A DNA stretch of 64,000 nucleotides from Octopus vulgaris (GCA_951406725.2 OX597839.1:26226001-26290000); one strand, 5' to 3'; positions 1 to 13,165 are shown, numbered from the stretch's first letter. Numbers and translations: made by a program. Notes: a model not told the origin generated them from the letters alone.

Positions 1-129
1 TTACATTATACAATTCCTGATAAAAATCTAATAGGATTATTTTAAACATTGAATGGTTATAAGGGTCCATCCCAGTAAAATGGGGATGGAAGGGGTCCAT
101 AGGCAAAAGAAAAAGTGGCTGAGGACTAC

Positions 130-480
130 TAGTCCACAGCTACAGGATTGAGAGAGTTGGGCCCCAAAATACAGAGGGTGAGAGAGAGCTTGGTCCAAAG
201 ATACGGGGTAAATAACTTGAGATCCTGAGAGAAAATTCAAAGATACGTGAGAGAAAGACCTTGGTCCAAAGTTGCAGGATAGAGAGAGCTGAGACCAAAA
301 ATAAAGGGCAAGAGAGAGAGAGGGAATTTGGCATAAAAACAGAACTTGGCCCTAAGACAGGAGAAAGAGACCTTGGTTTAGAACTACAGGATGGAGAGCG
401 CAGGGCCCAGAAAGAAAGTGAGAGAAAACTTGACCTAAAAATGTAGGATAGAGATCATAGCATTCAAACAGAGGAGAGAA
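130..480. repeat. Degenerate ~30-bp purine-rich minisatellite
   Basis: Recurrent GAGAGAG(C/T)TTGG(T/C)CCAAA...ACAGG-like units. Confidence 0.45.
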
Positions 481-491
481 CTTTACCATGA

Positions 492-1000
492 TCTCTCTCT
501 ATATAAACGGCAGTTTGTCTGTCTGTGTGTCTGTCAGGTTGTACCCTCACCCTGACCACGGCTTTCAACCGATTCTGATGAAACTTGACACACACATAGC
601 CCAATGTCATAATTCAAAACTAACGCAGTGAAAATTTTGAAAAGTTCCCCCAGTTCTGAAAATAATCGATAAATTCAACATGGGATCGAGAATCTAAGCT
701 TTTTATTTGCAACACATTTTCTGTTGTAGTTTTCGCAACTTGCAATCGATTTTTACCAAACTCATGGTGAATGTTACCCTAAGAAATTTAATACTGACGT
801 TAGTTTTCCATGCAATACCTACCATCAGAAAAAAATCGATAAAATCATGCCATTTTGGGAAATCGTGTTCAAATTCAAGATGACATATTTTTGACAATAT
901 CTTTCACAAATTGGCAGGAATTTTTTTTAAATTCACAGCAAGCATCATGTCTGTTCCAGGGGCTCTTACATACCTGGACAATGCCGGGCTATGCTGCTAG
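492..1000 (+). mobile_element. Non-autonomous Helitron
   Basis: Inserted between A491 and T1001; starts TC, ends with CCTGGACAATGCCGGG hairpin then CTAG; first ~200 bp and last ~45 bp match the helicase-bearing Helitron at 42894-43855. Confidence 0.88.
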
Positions 1001-1040
1001 TTAAATATAAGACAGAGCTTACTTAAAACCGGTCTTCTTG

Positions 1041-1709
1041 GTCAGAACCTCGAAGTACGAGAGACCCATTGTACGAGTAATTTGCAGTCCCATCTTTAAG
1101 GAAATTCAGTTAATAAAACCAGTTTATACATATTTTTCCACATTCTCTTTTTTTATAATTGTCGTTTTACTTCTAACTAAACCTTTTCTGTTTTAAAATC
1201 CATAAAAAAAATTATCTTTGGGTGGTTTTGGGGGAGCTGGAACGGATTAAGTATATTTTAGTTAATTTCAACGGGGAAAATTGATTTGTAAAACGAGTAA
1301 ATCATAAGAGAGAGGGAAGCACTCCGTCGGTTACGACGACGAGGGTTCCGGTTGATCCGAATCAACGGAACAGCCTGCTCGTGAAATTAACGTGTAAGTG
1401 GCTGAGCACTCCACAGACACGCGTACCCTTAACGTAGTTCTCGGGGATATTCAGCGTGACACAGAGAGTGACAAGGCTGGACCCTTTGAAATACAGGTAC
1501 AACAGAAACGGGAAGTAAGAGTGAGAGAAAGTTGTGGCGAAAGAGTACAGCAGGGATCACCACCATCCCCTGCCGGAGCCTCGTGGAGCTTTTAGGTGTT
1601 TTCGCTCAATAAACACTCACAACGCTCGGTCTGGGAATCGAAACCGCAAATCGTAAGACAAGCTCGGTCAGGGAATGAATTAAACTCGTACTGCGAGGGA
1701 TCACTGTAT
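1041..1709. mobile_element. pogo/Tigger-like MITE interrupted by a SINE
   Basis: Inverted ends ACCTCGAAGTACGAG ... CTCGTACTGCGAGGGATCACTG followed by TA; SINE inside flanked by AAATC(A/G)TAAGA duplication. Confidence 0.65.
1312..1647 (-). mobile_element. tRNA-derived SINE family A, 5'-truncated
   Basis: Near-identical to 3309-3691 and 40756-41136; TSD AAATC(A/G)TAAGA. Confidence 0.88.
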
Positions 1710-1960
1710 GAGATGGTATTTAAATAAGATTCAAAGGACATGGCCTGATGAAAGAAAATGTTAAAAGAAATACATGTGGCTGACATGAAAAAAAAACCTC
1801 CTAGAAGATATTTCTGCTTACATGAACAGATAACGGTTATCTGAAGAAAGATAGAATATCCTCCTTCAGATATACCAGAAATACTATTATGCATTTAAGC
1901 ATTATTTGCCCTGGAAACATCTATACTTAAATGTGTGTGTGTGTGTGTGTACATATAATT

Positions 1961-2528
1961 TTTTATGCTAGGCACAAGGCCCGGAATTTTTGGGGGGAGG
2001 GGCAGTCGATTACATCGATCCCCAGTACGCAACTGGTACTTAATTTATCGACGCCGAAAGAATAAAAGGCAAAGTCGACCTCGGCGGAATTTGAACTCAG
2101 AACATAGCGGCAGACGAAATACCTATTTCCTTACTATCCACAAGGGGCTAAACAGAGAGGGGACAAACAAGGACAGACAAATGGATTTAGTCGATTATAT
2201 CGACTCCAGTGCATAACAGGTACTTATTTAATTGACCCCGAAAGGATGAAAGGCAAAGTCGACCTCGGCGGAATTTGAACTCAGAACGTAAAGACAGACG
2301 AAATACCTATTTCTTTACTACCCATAAGGGGCTAAACACAGAGAGGACAGACAAAGGATTAAGTCGATTACATCGACCCCAGTGCATAACTGGTACTTAT
2401 TTAATTGATCCTGAAAGGATGAAAGGCAAAGTCGACCTCGGCGGAATTTGAACTCAGAACGTAACGGCAGATGAAATACCAGTAAGCATTTCGCCCGGCA
2501 TGCTAATGATTCTGCCAACTCGCCGCCT
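1961..2528 (-). mobile_element. SINE family C trimer (one head, three bodies)
   Basis: A-box TGGCAGAATC and B-box AGTTCAAATTCC; core GTCGACTTTGCCTTTCATCC three times; flanked by TGTGTG...GTACATA duplication. Confidence 0.88.
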
Positions 2529-2555
2529 TGTGTGTGTGAGTGTACATAGTGTTTT

Positions 2556-2634
2556 GGCGAAGGTAAAGAATACGCACACCTGGTGTTTAGGGTCCAGCCG
2601 AAAACAAGTGGTGTGCAGATTCTTGACCTCTGCC
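2556..2634 (-). ncRNA. Candidate pre-miRNA-like hairpin 1
   Basis: ~35-bp imperfect stem; one arm nearly identical to the hairpin at 4428-4514. Confidence 0.45.
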
Positions 2635-2644
2635 ATTGTTTTTA

Positions 2645-3018
2645 TATTTCAGTCATTTGACTGGTGTCATGCTGGAGCAACGCCTTGAAGGATTACAGTC
2701 GAACTAACCGACCCCAGTACTCAATTTTTTTTAAAAGCCTGGTATTCATTCTAGCATTCTCTTTTGCCGAACCACTATGTTACAGGGACGTAAACGCACT
2801 AACGCCAGTTGCCAAGCGGTTGAGGAGACAAACAGACACACACATGCATATGCATATATGCATTCGACGGGCTTCTCTCAGTTTCCGTCTACCAAATCCA
2901 CTCACAAGGCTTTGGTCGGCCCGAGGCTTTCGGAGAAGAAACTCGCCCAAGGTGCCACACAGTGGGACTGAACCCGGAACCATGGGGTTGGGATGCAAGC
3001 GTCTCACCACACAGCACC
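2645..3018 (-). mobile_element. SINE family B (tRNA head, CORE-like CACCTTGGGCAAGT, internal TA/TG microsatellite)
   Basis: Matches about 20 other copies in the window. Confidence 0.85.
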
Positions 3019-3030
3019 TATCAGTGTACG

Positions 3031-3136
3031 TTCTTTTCTACTCGAGGCACAAGGCCCGAAATTTTTGGAGAGTGAGCGGGGAGGGACAGTCGATTAGATC
3101 AACCTCAGTACGCAACTGGTACTTAATTTATCGACC
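3031..3136 (-). mobile_element. SINE family C 3' fragment
   Basis: GGCACAAGGCCCGAAATTTT...GGTACTTAATTTATCGACC. Confidence 0.75.
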
Positions 3137-3308
3137 ACGACATTACGATGATAATGTATACAATAGCGTCTAATGTGCGCACATTACTTCCTTTCTATAT
3201 GTCTGTATGTACGACCATCAGGTTCCTTCATTCTCTAAGGTTACCTTCCCTCCCAAATATTATTGTTATTAATGGCAGTGGTTAGTTAACCAATGCTAGT
3301 TGTATTGT

Positions 3309-3691
3309 GGAAGCACTCCGTCGGTTACGACGATGAGGGTTCCGGTTGATCCGAATCAACGGAACAGCCTGCTCGTGAAATTAACGTGTAAGTGGCTGAG
3401 CACTCCACAGACACGTGTACCCTTAATGTAAGTTCTCGGGGATATTCAGCGTGACACAGAGAGTGACAAGGCCGGCCCTTTGAAATACAGGTACAACAGA
3501 AACAGGAAGTAAGAGTGAGAGAAAGTTGTGGTGAAAGAGTACAGCAGGGATCACCACCATCCCCTGCCGGAGCCTCGTGGAGCTTTAGGTGTTTTCGCTC
3601 AATAAACACTCACAACGCCCGGTGTGGGAATCGAAACCGCAATCCTATGACCGCGAGTCCGCTGCCCTAACCACTGGGCCATTGCGCCTCC
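3309..3691 (-). mobile_element. Full-length SINE family A
   Basis: tRNA-like head GGAGGCGCAATGGCCCAGTGGTTAGGG...GGTTTCGATTCC; 3' stem-loop; TSD GCTAGTTGTATT. Confidence 0.9.
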
Positions 3692-3774
3692 GCTAGTTGT
3701 ATTATATTTGTATAGTAATAAAATAGTTATCGTAATGATGATGATGATGATAGTACTTGCAGTATTTAACCATG

Positions 3775-5330
3775 GGTCGATTATGGTCGATCAAAAGCAT
3801 GCCAGCAATGACTATCACGTCTTTTTAGGGGGGTAACCTCTAGGCGCACATTTCTTATGTGTCCATTTTTTAAGAGAACGGAGCGTGGTTTGAGGAAGCT
3901 TTGGCTGCTATTTCTAGTAGATTGACTAACAACGTGGAGACACCTGCATTTGCTCGAGTTACTGACAATAATCGGGAGGATTTGGCTGAGATTTCTAGCA
4001 GATCGATTGGCAACGCAGAGACACACCCTCATTAGCTCGAGGTACTGACGATCAGCAATCTAAGAGACCCAGGACCAGTCGATGACACTGACCCCAGTAC
4101 TCGTCTGGTACTTTAAATGTTTAATCGACACCGGAAAGAGGGCGAGGTCGACTTCGATGGGATTTGAACTCCCAACGCAAACAGTCGTAAGAATGACAGA
4201 AAGGGATAGAACAGACAAACTAAGCAGCAGACAACATCCATCTTTAGGACCCTACATTCTGAGTTCAAAATCTCCATAGCCACTTCAAGAGCATCCCGGG
4301 ACCCATCCATTCAACTGTCTCCCTACAAATGTCACCAAGAAAAATTGTCGTTAAGACTCAAGACAACCTTGACTTTAAGAGACCTCCAATCAAAGACATT
4401 CCAACCGTAGCCACCAGGTAGATTACCAGGTGAAAGTAAAGAATACGTACACCCGGTGTTTAGGGTTTTTGTTACAAAGAAAACGGGTGGTGGACGGATT
4501 CTTTACCTCCGCCCATTGTTCGATGTATGTTTTTATTAGTTAAGAAGGTACAGTATGTTCTAAAAGATATCTGGTTGCTATTTCTAGCAGAGCGATCGAC
4601 CACGAAGAGCTTCCATCGCTGCAGCGTGCAAAGAGCTAGTTGTTCTTTAGGCCCCGGACATCCCTCATCGAGTAAGAACTATGACGAAAACCAGTGCAGG
4701 CGTGACCCCTGCTACGAGGCTTATAAATGAAACCTCAAGGACTACCTCACGCTTTCCCTTTTACCTCACTGAAGTCAAATAGCACCTGGATGCGACTCGA
4801 ACGAGATTTGGCTGCTATTTCTGGCGAGTCGAGCGACTATACAGTGGCTGTTCGAATAAAGATGGTCGAATGTGATAACAAAAAAAAAAATACTGTAGTA
4901 ACAATGGTGAAACTAACAGTAGTAGTAGCAGAAGCAATAATAGTACAACAGGTGAATGGTAACCAGTGGTGATGGTGGCGACGGTAATAGTACTATTAGA
5001 TGTAATAGTGGCACTCTCTGTATGTGTATTAGCAGAGATAGTAGCGGTGGTAGTGGTAATGGTGTTGGATGGTGGCTGTACACTGCATCAAGACCTTACT
5101 GCTAACGGCCCCGGCTGAGCCCCGCAGAAGCAGACAAGATGGAGCTAAGGTTGCCGGCGTTCTATTTGCGACCACCCCCATCGTTTATTCAGACGACGAA
5201 TTTAGGACTACGTTGCACAACGTGCTGTACCCCCCTCCTCTCTCTTTTTTTTTTTTTTTTTCGAAGATGTTAGGTCGTGAATTTCGAGAGGGACTTAGCT
5301 GCTGTTTCCAGCAAATCGAGTGATTGACTA
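3775..5330 (-). repeat. Cluster of old degenerate SINE-like fragments
   Basis: GATTTGGCTGCTATTTCTAGCAG-like motif at ~3900, 3980, 4570, 4805, 5295 (inverted copy at ~33470). Confidence 0.55.
4428..4514 (-). ncRNA. Candidate pre-miRNA-like hairpin 2 (3' arm with CACCGGG seed)
   Basis: 22-nt duplex plus ~12-bp basal stem; CNNC (CUAC) 17 nt past the predicted 3' cut; paralogous to 2556-2634. Confidence 0.5.
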
Positions 5331-5550
5331 ACTACACTACACAGGGCAGCAGCAGCAGCAGCAGCAGCCGTAGTAGTTAGTAGTAGAACTGGTGGTAGGT
5401 GATTAAGTAATTAGTGTGTGTTGAAAAGGTAAAAAAAAAAAAGAAACAAACATGCCATGGATCCAGAGATGAATACTGAAGCGGAAATTCGCTTTTAATT
5501 TTAGAAAAATTAAGAGAAAAGTGTGAGAGAGTGTGTGTGTGTGTGTGTGT

Positions 5551-5581
<31 letters not shown>

Positions 5582-6111
5582 AGTGTGTGTTCGTCGGTTC
5601 AAGGCAGGTGGGTTTTAGACTTTTTGTGTATAGCGCTGACATCAGAAATGATAATAGCAACTTTAATCAGATCAACAGAATACAAAAGAACATGACAATA
5701 CAAGTTTGGCTGTGTGTGTGTGTGTGTGGTTATTTTATTGTATTTCAATCTATTTATATATTAATTTATTTAGTGATATCAAAGATGCCAGAGAGAGAGA
5801 GAGAGAAAAAAAGAGACAGAGACCAATACATTTGATAATGTAATGTTTCATCATTCCTAATTAGCTCAGTGAAGAATTAAAATTTTCACCGTCCACCTCA
5901 CATACAGATTCGTGTGCCAATCACGAAACTCGCGGCCTTTAAAGTCACTAACTGCTATCGATTATCGATAATGGAAAATATATATAAACTCAAGCTCCGA
6001 GTTCCATTTCCACCACCCTCGACAAAATTATCTGGGCAATACATAGCGTGCTGTCGAAAGCTCCTCCGCGGATATTGGCTAGCAGATGTCCATCATCAGA
6101 CAAAAGGGTTT

Positions 6112-6114
<3 letters not shown>

Positions 6115-6169
<55 letters not shown>

Positions 6170-6198
6170 ATATATATATATACACACACACATACATA

Positions 6199-6270
<72 letters not shown>

Positions 6271-6375
6271 CACACACATACATATATATATACACACACA
6301 CATACATATATATACACACACACATACATATATATATATACACACACATACATATATATATATACACACACACAC

Positions 6376-6425
<50 letters not shown>

Positions 6426-6860
6426 GTACACACACACATACATACATATATACACACATACATACATACATATATACACACACATATATACACACATACA
6501 TACATATATATACACACATACATACATATATATACACACATACATACATATATATACACACATACATACATATATATATATATACACACATACATACATA
6601 TATATATATATACACACACATATATATATACACACATACATACATATATACACACATATATATATACACACATACACACATACACACATATATATATACA
6701 CACATACATACATACATATATACACACACACATACATACATATATACACACACACATACATACATATATATACACACACACATACATACATATATACACA
6801 CACATACATACATATATACACACACATACATACATATATATACACACACACACATATGAG
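6115..6860. repeat. Compound (TA)n/(CA)n/(TACA)n microsatellite
   Basis: Direct inspection. Confidence 0.97.
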
Positions 6861-7378
6861 AGAGAGACAGACTGACAGAAAAGCTGAAGACTCCTTTGTA
6901 TATAATACCATGTATTGAGTACTTTTTCACGTGTGCAAATAACCTAGGTATACAGGTTATCTATATACATAAGGATCTATCTGTATACACATGCATCTGT
7001 GTGTGTGTATATATACACATTTTGTATCTACATACACGTACGTACATGCTTAAGGCGCCACCCACACACACGTATGTAGGTTTCTGTTAAATCGATTTTC
7101 CCTGGTTATTTAACTAGAGCAGAGAGAAAGATCGTGGGCCGTGGTGATTGTCATGTGTGGAAATATTTCATTAACACGATTTTAATATCTTAATTAAAGA
7201 GGGCTGCAAAAATATAATTTATTTTCTAAAAATTTCCTATCTAATTTAAAGATGAACACAAAAAGGATAACAATCGAATCTTGCTCTGTACCCGTTGCAC
7301 AACAGACGTTTATCTAGGCTCATGAGGTCATGAGAATCCGTGGCATTCATGCCCGTCCCATCATATTTTAACGACGAA

Positions 7379-7392
7379 GTTGTCATGGCAAC
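7379..7392. promoter_or_regulatory. RFX X-box motif
   Basis: GTTGTCATGGCAAC fits GTHNYYATRRNAAC in unique sequence; function untested. Confidence 0.35.
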
Positions 7393-7671
7393 AAGGAAAC
7401 ATCTACACAGTCACACATCTTCCTAAAAATAACAGATTATGTCCCTCGAGTCAGCGAGAGAAACACATTTGATTATGGATCAAATTGATCGGGTCCGACT
7501 GACCTGGGGCTATACAACAGCTGCTCGCAAATTCGCCCCACCAGGAGCTTGGCCCTTGATTTGCGGAACCACATATAAGAAACCTATTTGTATACAGTTC
7601 CTTTCTGCCTAGAAGTCTTCGAAATAAAACCCGAAGATTGGCGGAGAGAAAATTGGAAATCAAATTATTCA

Positions 7672-8366
7672 ATTAATCCTTCGCCCGGAAGGATGAAAGG
7701 CAAAGTCGACCCCGGCGGAATTTGAACTCACGATGTGGGCGACGGGCGAAATACCTATTTCTTTATTACCCACAAGGGGCTAAACAAGGACAGACATAGA
7801 TATTAAGTCGATTACATCGACCCCAGTTCGTAACTGGTACTTAATTTATCGACCCCCGAAAGGATGAAAGGCAAAGTCGACCTCGGCGGAATTTGAACTC
7901 GGGATGTGGGCGACGGGCGAAATACCGCCAAGCATTTCGGCCGGCGTGCTGACGGGTCTGCTAAGCTCGCCGATGACAATAATGGCTTCAGTTTTTGAGC
8001 AGCACAGAGTCAGCAGGTTTTGGGGGAGGAAAAGGAACTGGTCGAGTACATCGGGCCCCAGTACTTGGACAACGAGAGGGTGAAAAGAAAGCAAAGCCGA
8101 CCTCGGCGGTATTCGAACTCAGGATGTGGGCGACGGGCGAAACACCTATTTCTTTATTACCCACAAGGGGCTAAACACAGAGGGGGACAAACAAGGACAG
8201 GCATAGGTATTAAGTCGTAACTGGTTCTTAATTTATCGACCCCCGAAAGGATGAAAGGCAAAGTCGACCTCGGCGGTATTTGAACTCAGAACGTAAAGAA
8301 AAAGCAGGAAGCAAATTCCGCTAAGCACTTTGTCCGACGCACTTAATGATTATGCCAGCTTTGCCC
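7672..8366 (-). mobile_element. Two adjacent SINE family C dimers
   Basis: Four core copies; GAAA(T/C)ACC-TATTTC junctions at ~7755 and ~8146. Confidence 0.82.
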
Positions 8367-8609
8367 ATCTTAATTGATAGTGTGTGTGCGTGTGTTGTCG
8401 ACGATGTTGTAAGTGAATGCGTGGAAGGTGAACAGTGGCCTATAAAAACCAACAAACACAAATGAAAGCATTAATAGTAATGATGATAATAATAATAATA
8501 GTGTTTGGCTGAGTGAAAGTATCTGGGGCAGCTGCTGGGAGAGGGAGGAGGAGGAGAAAGAAAGAGAGGGGAATGGGAAGAGGTGGACGGAAGAGAGAGA
8601 AAGGATGAA

Positions 8610-8965
8610 GAGAAAGACAGAGAGGGGGGGAATGGGAGTAGGAGATAGAGAGACAAGGTTGAAGGGAAAGGGAAAGGACGGATAAAACATAGATAGACAG
8701 ATAGATAGAAAGACAGAGAGGGAGGGGAGTAGTAGATAGAGACAAGGTCGGAGAGAAAGGGAAGGGATGGATGAAACAGATAGATAGAAAGACAGAGAGG
8801 GCAATGGGAGTAGGAGATAGAGACAAGGTCGGAGAGAAAGGGAAGGGATGGATGAAACAGATAGATAGAGAGACAGAGAGGGCAATGGGAGTAGGAGATA
8901 GAGACAAGGTTGAAGAGAAAGGGAAGGCATGGATGAAACATAGATAGATAGAGAGACAGAGAGAG
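8610..8965. repeat. ~81-bp purine-rich minisatellite, about 4 copies
   Basis: GACAAGG at 8741, 8822, 8903 plus a diverged first unit. Confidence 0.85.
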
Positions 8966-9306
8966 GGAGGGAGGGAGCTGCTGCTACTATTATTATTATT
9001 ATCCTAAGAGCATGCGACAGCCGCTGCTTGTTTGATGGTGATGACGGCTGCAGTGGTAATGATCATGACGATGATGATGATCGCTCTCCCTTCTTACAAG
9101 GCCGCCGACGAAATCGATCACCAATTGGAACATTAAACACCACAACACCGCCACTACAGCTATATATATATATATAGTTATATATATATATATATATAGT
9201 GTGTATAAATAAATACGCAATCAAAGAGAATGGAAGCTAAAGATGTGTGTATAATAAATATGAAAAAAAAAAAAAAAAGAAAGCAAAGGAGACGTGTCCA
9301 TGTATG

Positions 9307-9343
<37 letters not shown>

Positions 9344-9440
9344 GTATGTTGCAGCATTCATCTGATGTTGGTTCTTCCGTACTGCAAAAGTTGTTCTTTA
9401 TCAAAGCAACCACAGTTACTAATAATAGTAGCTGTTCGAT

Positions 9441-9471
<31 letters not shown>

Positions 9472-9644
9472 CATATATACAGACACACAGACAGACATAT
9501 ATATGCATAATAATGATGGCTGGTAAGCCGAAACTTCGAGGTCACAGACAACTTCAGCCTAATTATAAAAAAAAAAAATCAATTTTTGTGTGTGTAATTG
9601 AGTAAAAAATTTAAAATGCTGCGATCTTCAACTTGACATCGCCT

Positions 9645-10002
9645 ATAACATGTATACACACAAACACACACACCTATATATATACACACACATATGCATG
9701 TACAAACTTATACACATATGCATACACATGTACAAACATACACACAAACACACACACACATATATACACATATGCATACACATGTACAAACATATACATA
9801 CATACACACAAACACACATATATATACACATATACATACACACAAACACACACATATATATATACACACATATGCATACACAAGCATGTACAAACTTATA
9901 CAAACATATACATACATACATACAAACACACACACATATACATACATACACATGTACAAACATATACATACACACATACATATACATACGTATACACACA
10001 CA
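9645..10002. repeat. Degenerate CA/TA microsatellite
   Basis: Direct inspection. Confidence 0.9.
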
Positions 10003-10154
10003 TTTACTAATCCAATCCAAAATTCGGCCTAGCCAATCTTCTCGAAAAGCCATTCAACATTCGTAAGGAAATATATTATTACAAACCCGAGCACTGAGTG
10101 TGGTTGATGTAATTCAAAGCCGGATCTAACGAGACAGAAACCGAGACATGGAGA

Positions 10155-10206
10155 CAGACGGGCGGACGGACAGACGGGCGGACGGACAGACGGGCGGACG
10201 GACGGG
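10155..10206. repeat. (CAGACGGGCGGACGGA)3 GC-rich 16-mer repeat
   Basis: Three tandem units each containing GGGCGG. Confidence 0.8.
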
Positions 10207-11239
10207 AGCAGGTTCGCGGCGGCCTCTGCTTTAATGTTTGTAGTAATAGTAATAATAATAATAAAGGGACAATAGAAGGTTTCTGGAAGATATTTGGGGG
10301 GGTAAATATACACCCTGTGCAATTATTTAATATCAATAACAATAAAAAATAGAAATATGAGCAGCAAAGAAGGTGTCCCTGTGTGTATAATATATACATA
10401 TATATGCATGCGTGTGTGTGTGTGTAGTGTGAGGATAATATATACAGACGTGTGTGTAGTGAGAGGACAATGTAAGCATGTTTGGGTGTATATAGCATGT
10501 GTGTGTGTGTGTGTAGTGTGAGGATAATATATACATACATGGGTGTGTAATGAGAAGACAATGTAGGCATGTTTGTGTATATATATATATATATATTACT
10601 ACAAGTGTGTATATGCTGTACATGTGTAGATTATATATATAGTATGCGTGAGTGTATATATGTGGAGTAAAACACAGCTTGTACAATCATGTATTATTAA
10701 CACAGAAATATGAACAGCAAGGACTAAATATATGTCCATGCGTGTATAATAAACGTGTCTGTGTGTGTGTGTACTATGTACATGTATATATGTACATGTA
10801 TATATATATACCTATTTCTTTATTACCCACAAAGGGCTAAAACATGTATATATATATACCGTGAGCATAATTTATGTGCATATACAGTGAATCTATATAA
10901 TTGTGTGTGTGTATGTGTATAATGTGTGCATGTATGTATACACCTTGTGCACAAAATAGTCTGCATACGTGTGTATGCATGTCTATACAATATATGCACA
11001 CGTGTGTGTGTGTGGTGTAGAAGGCTGACATCGGCTTATCTCTCCTAAATGTCATGTTACAAAATCATTTTATGTGAATGGATAAAATGTTGGCCACACT
11101 TCGAGGAACGGGCGACAAAACCACGACAAACTACAAAACCTGCCTAGGATTTGCTCTTTATATAATTGTCATTCTTCCCGTATTGACACAGTGAAAAAAA
11201 AAAACAATAATCGATACACGAAAGGCTGTAAAAAAACAC

Positions 11240-11273
<34 letters not shown>

Positions 11274-11274
11274 C

Positions 11275-11322
<48 letters not shown>

Positions 11323-11397
11323 TTCTTGCCCGGTTGTGTGTGTGTATATATATATATATATGTCTTTCTTGCCTGGTTGTGTGTGTGTGTGTGTATC

Positions 11398-11436
<39 letters not shown>

Positions 11437-11449
11437 CTGTCTTTCTTGC

Positions 11450-11500
<51 letters not shown>

Positions 11501-11609
11501 ATACACACACACACATATATATATATATGTCTGTCTTGTGTGTGTATATATATATATATTTATATATATATATATATATATATATCTGTCTTTCTTGCCC
11601 GTGTGTGTA

Positions 11610-11646
<37 letters not shown>

Positions 11647-11675
11647 GTCTTTCTTGCCCGGTTGTGTGTGTGTGT
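11240..11675. repeat. (TG)n(TA)n blocks punctuated by TCTTTCTTGCCCGGTT
   Basis: Spacer motif recurs about 6 times between microsatellite blocks. Confidence 0.9.
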
Positions 11676-13114
11676 TTAAATGTCTTCTTAGCTCGTGTTG
11701 GAATACAAGATAACCATTAAGATATGCCAAGAATAATGGGAATGATTATCGTTGAAGAGACACAACGGGGAGGGGAAAAAGCCCAGATGGAATCAGAGAG
11801 GAACAATATGTCTTGTGAGATGGCATTTGTTCTTCTAGAATGCACAATGTATCGAAACACACAGTTAACATTATACATACATATACGTGTGTGTGTGTGT
11901 GTGTGTGTGTGTATACAACACATGTGCATGTATGTATTGTGATTGGGGATACTGTATGCATGTATGTGTGTATATATATATATGTATGTATGCATGGATA
12001 TATATGTGCATACGTATATGTATGCATGTATGTATAATTATCTGAATCCATATTTCATACTATTACATACATGTATATACGTTATGATGGAGAACATGTG
12101 TGTACATACACACATATATTCATTAATATTTGGCAGAAACAACAGATCTATACATACATATATATATACACACACACACATATATATATATTTTATATAT
12201 ACCTACAAGTATATATGTGCGTGATGGAGTACATTATTGTGCATATATATATATATATATATATGTATGTATATACGTTGAGATGGAGAACATGATATGT
12301 GCACACACACACACACACACATACATACATACATATATATTCATTAATATTTAGCAGAAGCAACAGATCTATATATATACATATATAATATAATAATATA
12401 AACCTTTACATATATAAATAACGTGAAATACACGAAGGGTCGAACATAAGAGACAGACGGGTGATTCAAAGCCTTCGTTCTTCAGTCAGAAACCGATTCC
12501 TCATGTGTATATTCATATATACACACATATATTATATATACCTAGAAGTATATATGTAGGTGATGGAAGACATTGACATTACTTTGTGTGTATATATGAA
12601 TTTAAAGTTGAAATATGTGCACGATGTAGTAACGACTGGTGTCCGAAATGACATTAATTGGGGGCGGTTTTTTGATTTAATAAAAGAAAGGAAGAAAGAT
12701 AACAAAAAAATAACTGTAGCGAGGAGCAGAAATATACAAGAGAAAGAAAAAAATTTACTGCTTTGGCCGAGGAGGAAAGGAAAAGGAGAAAGAGAGACAC
12801 ATAAAACAGAATAATACATAAAATGAAAGGCAAGCTGGAAAGAAGAGAGGAAAAAGGTGAGGCGAAGGCAGATAAATGACAAGCAGAATATAAACAAATG
12901 GAGAGGGAAACGGTTGGAGAGGTGGGAAGGGAAATGTGTGGTCGATGGATTGAATAAGGATGTTGAAGAGATGATGATCGGAACGAGGGATGAGAGAGAG
13001 AGGAGGAGAAATGTGTTATGCGAGTGTTTATGTAGATAGATAGATGTTTGTGTATATGGATATATATATATATATAAAGACATGTATGTGTGTGTATATA
13101 TTTAGTTTACGTAC

Positions 13115-13165
13115 CTGCGTTAACGGGTCTCGACACTGCGGAGGCTCTGGAGACCCACGACACAG
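13115..13165 (-). other. Candidate 51-nt exon (or 3' end of a first exon) of an unidentified minus-strand gene
   Basis: Long poly-T tract, TTCAG acceptor, CAG/GTACGT donor; GC-rich; reads LCRGSPEPPQCRDPLTQ in phase 0. Confidence 0.5.

Noticed and set aside
1330-1395. Hammerhead-like GACGAG...GAAA in the SINE A tail
   Set aside because: Lacks the CUG core, is antisense to the SINE, and is explained by the ordinary 3' stem-loop
3273-3298. miR-34-like TGGCAGTGGTTAG hairpin
   Set aside because: Stem of only 12 bp; too short for a pre-miRNA
3610-3691. tRNA genes at SINE heads
   Set aside because: A and B boxes are followed by SINE bodies with TSDs; no convincing cloverleaf
4740-4752. let-7-like TGAGGTAGT on the minus strand
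   Set aside because: Only 9 nt match, no hairpin, lies in an old SINE remnant
5914-6930. Long ORFs rich in Y/I/H/T or V/C/M (also near 9.6-12.3, 15, 27.5-28.3, 42 and 55.8-57.5 kb)
   Set aside because: Stop-free translations of TA/CA microsatellites
13115-13165. Exon ending LTQ in phase 0, like vertebrate NFI exon 1
   Set aside because: Three residues are not evidence, and no DEFHPF exon was seen in the window
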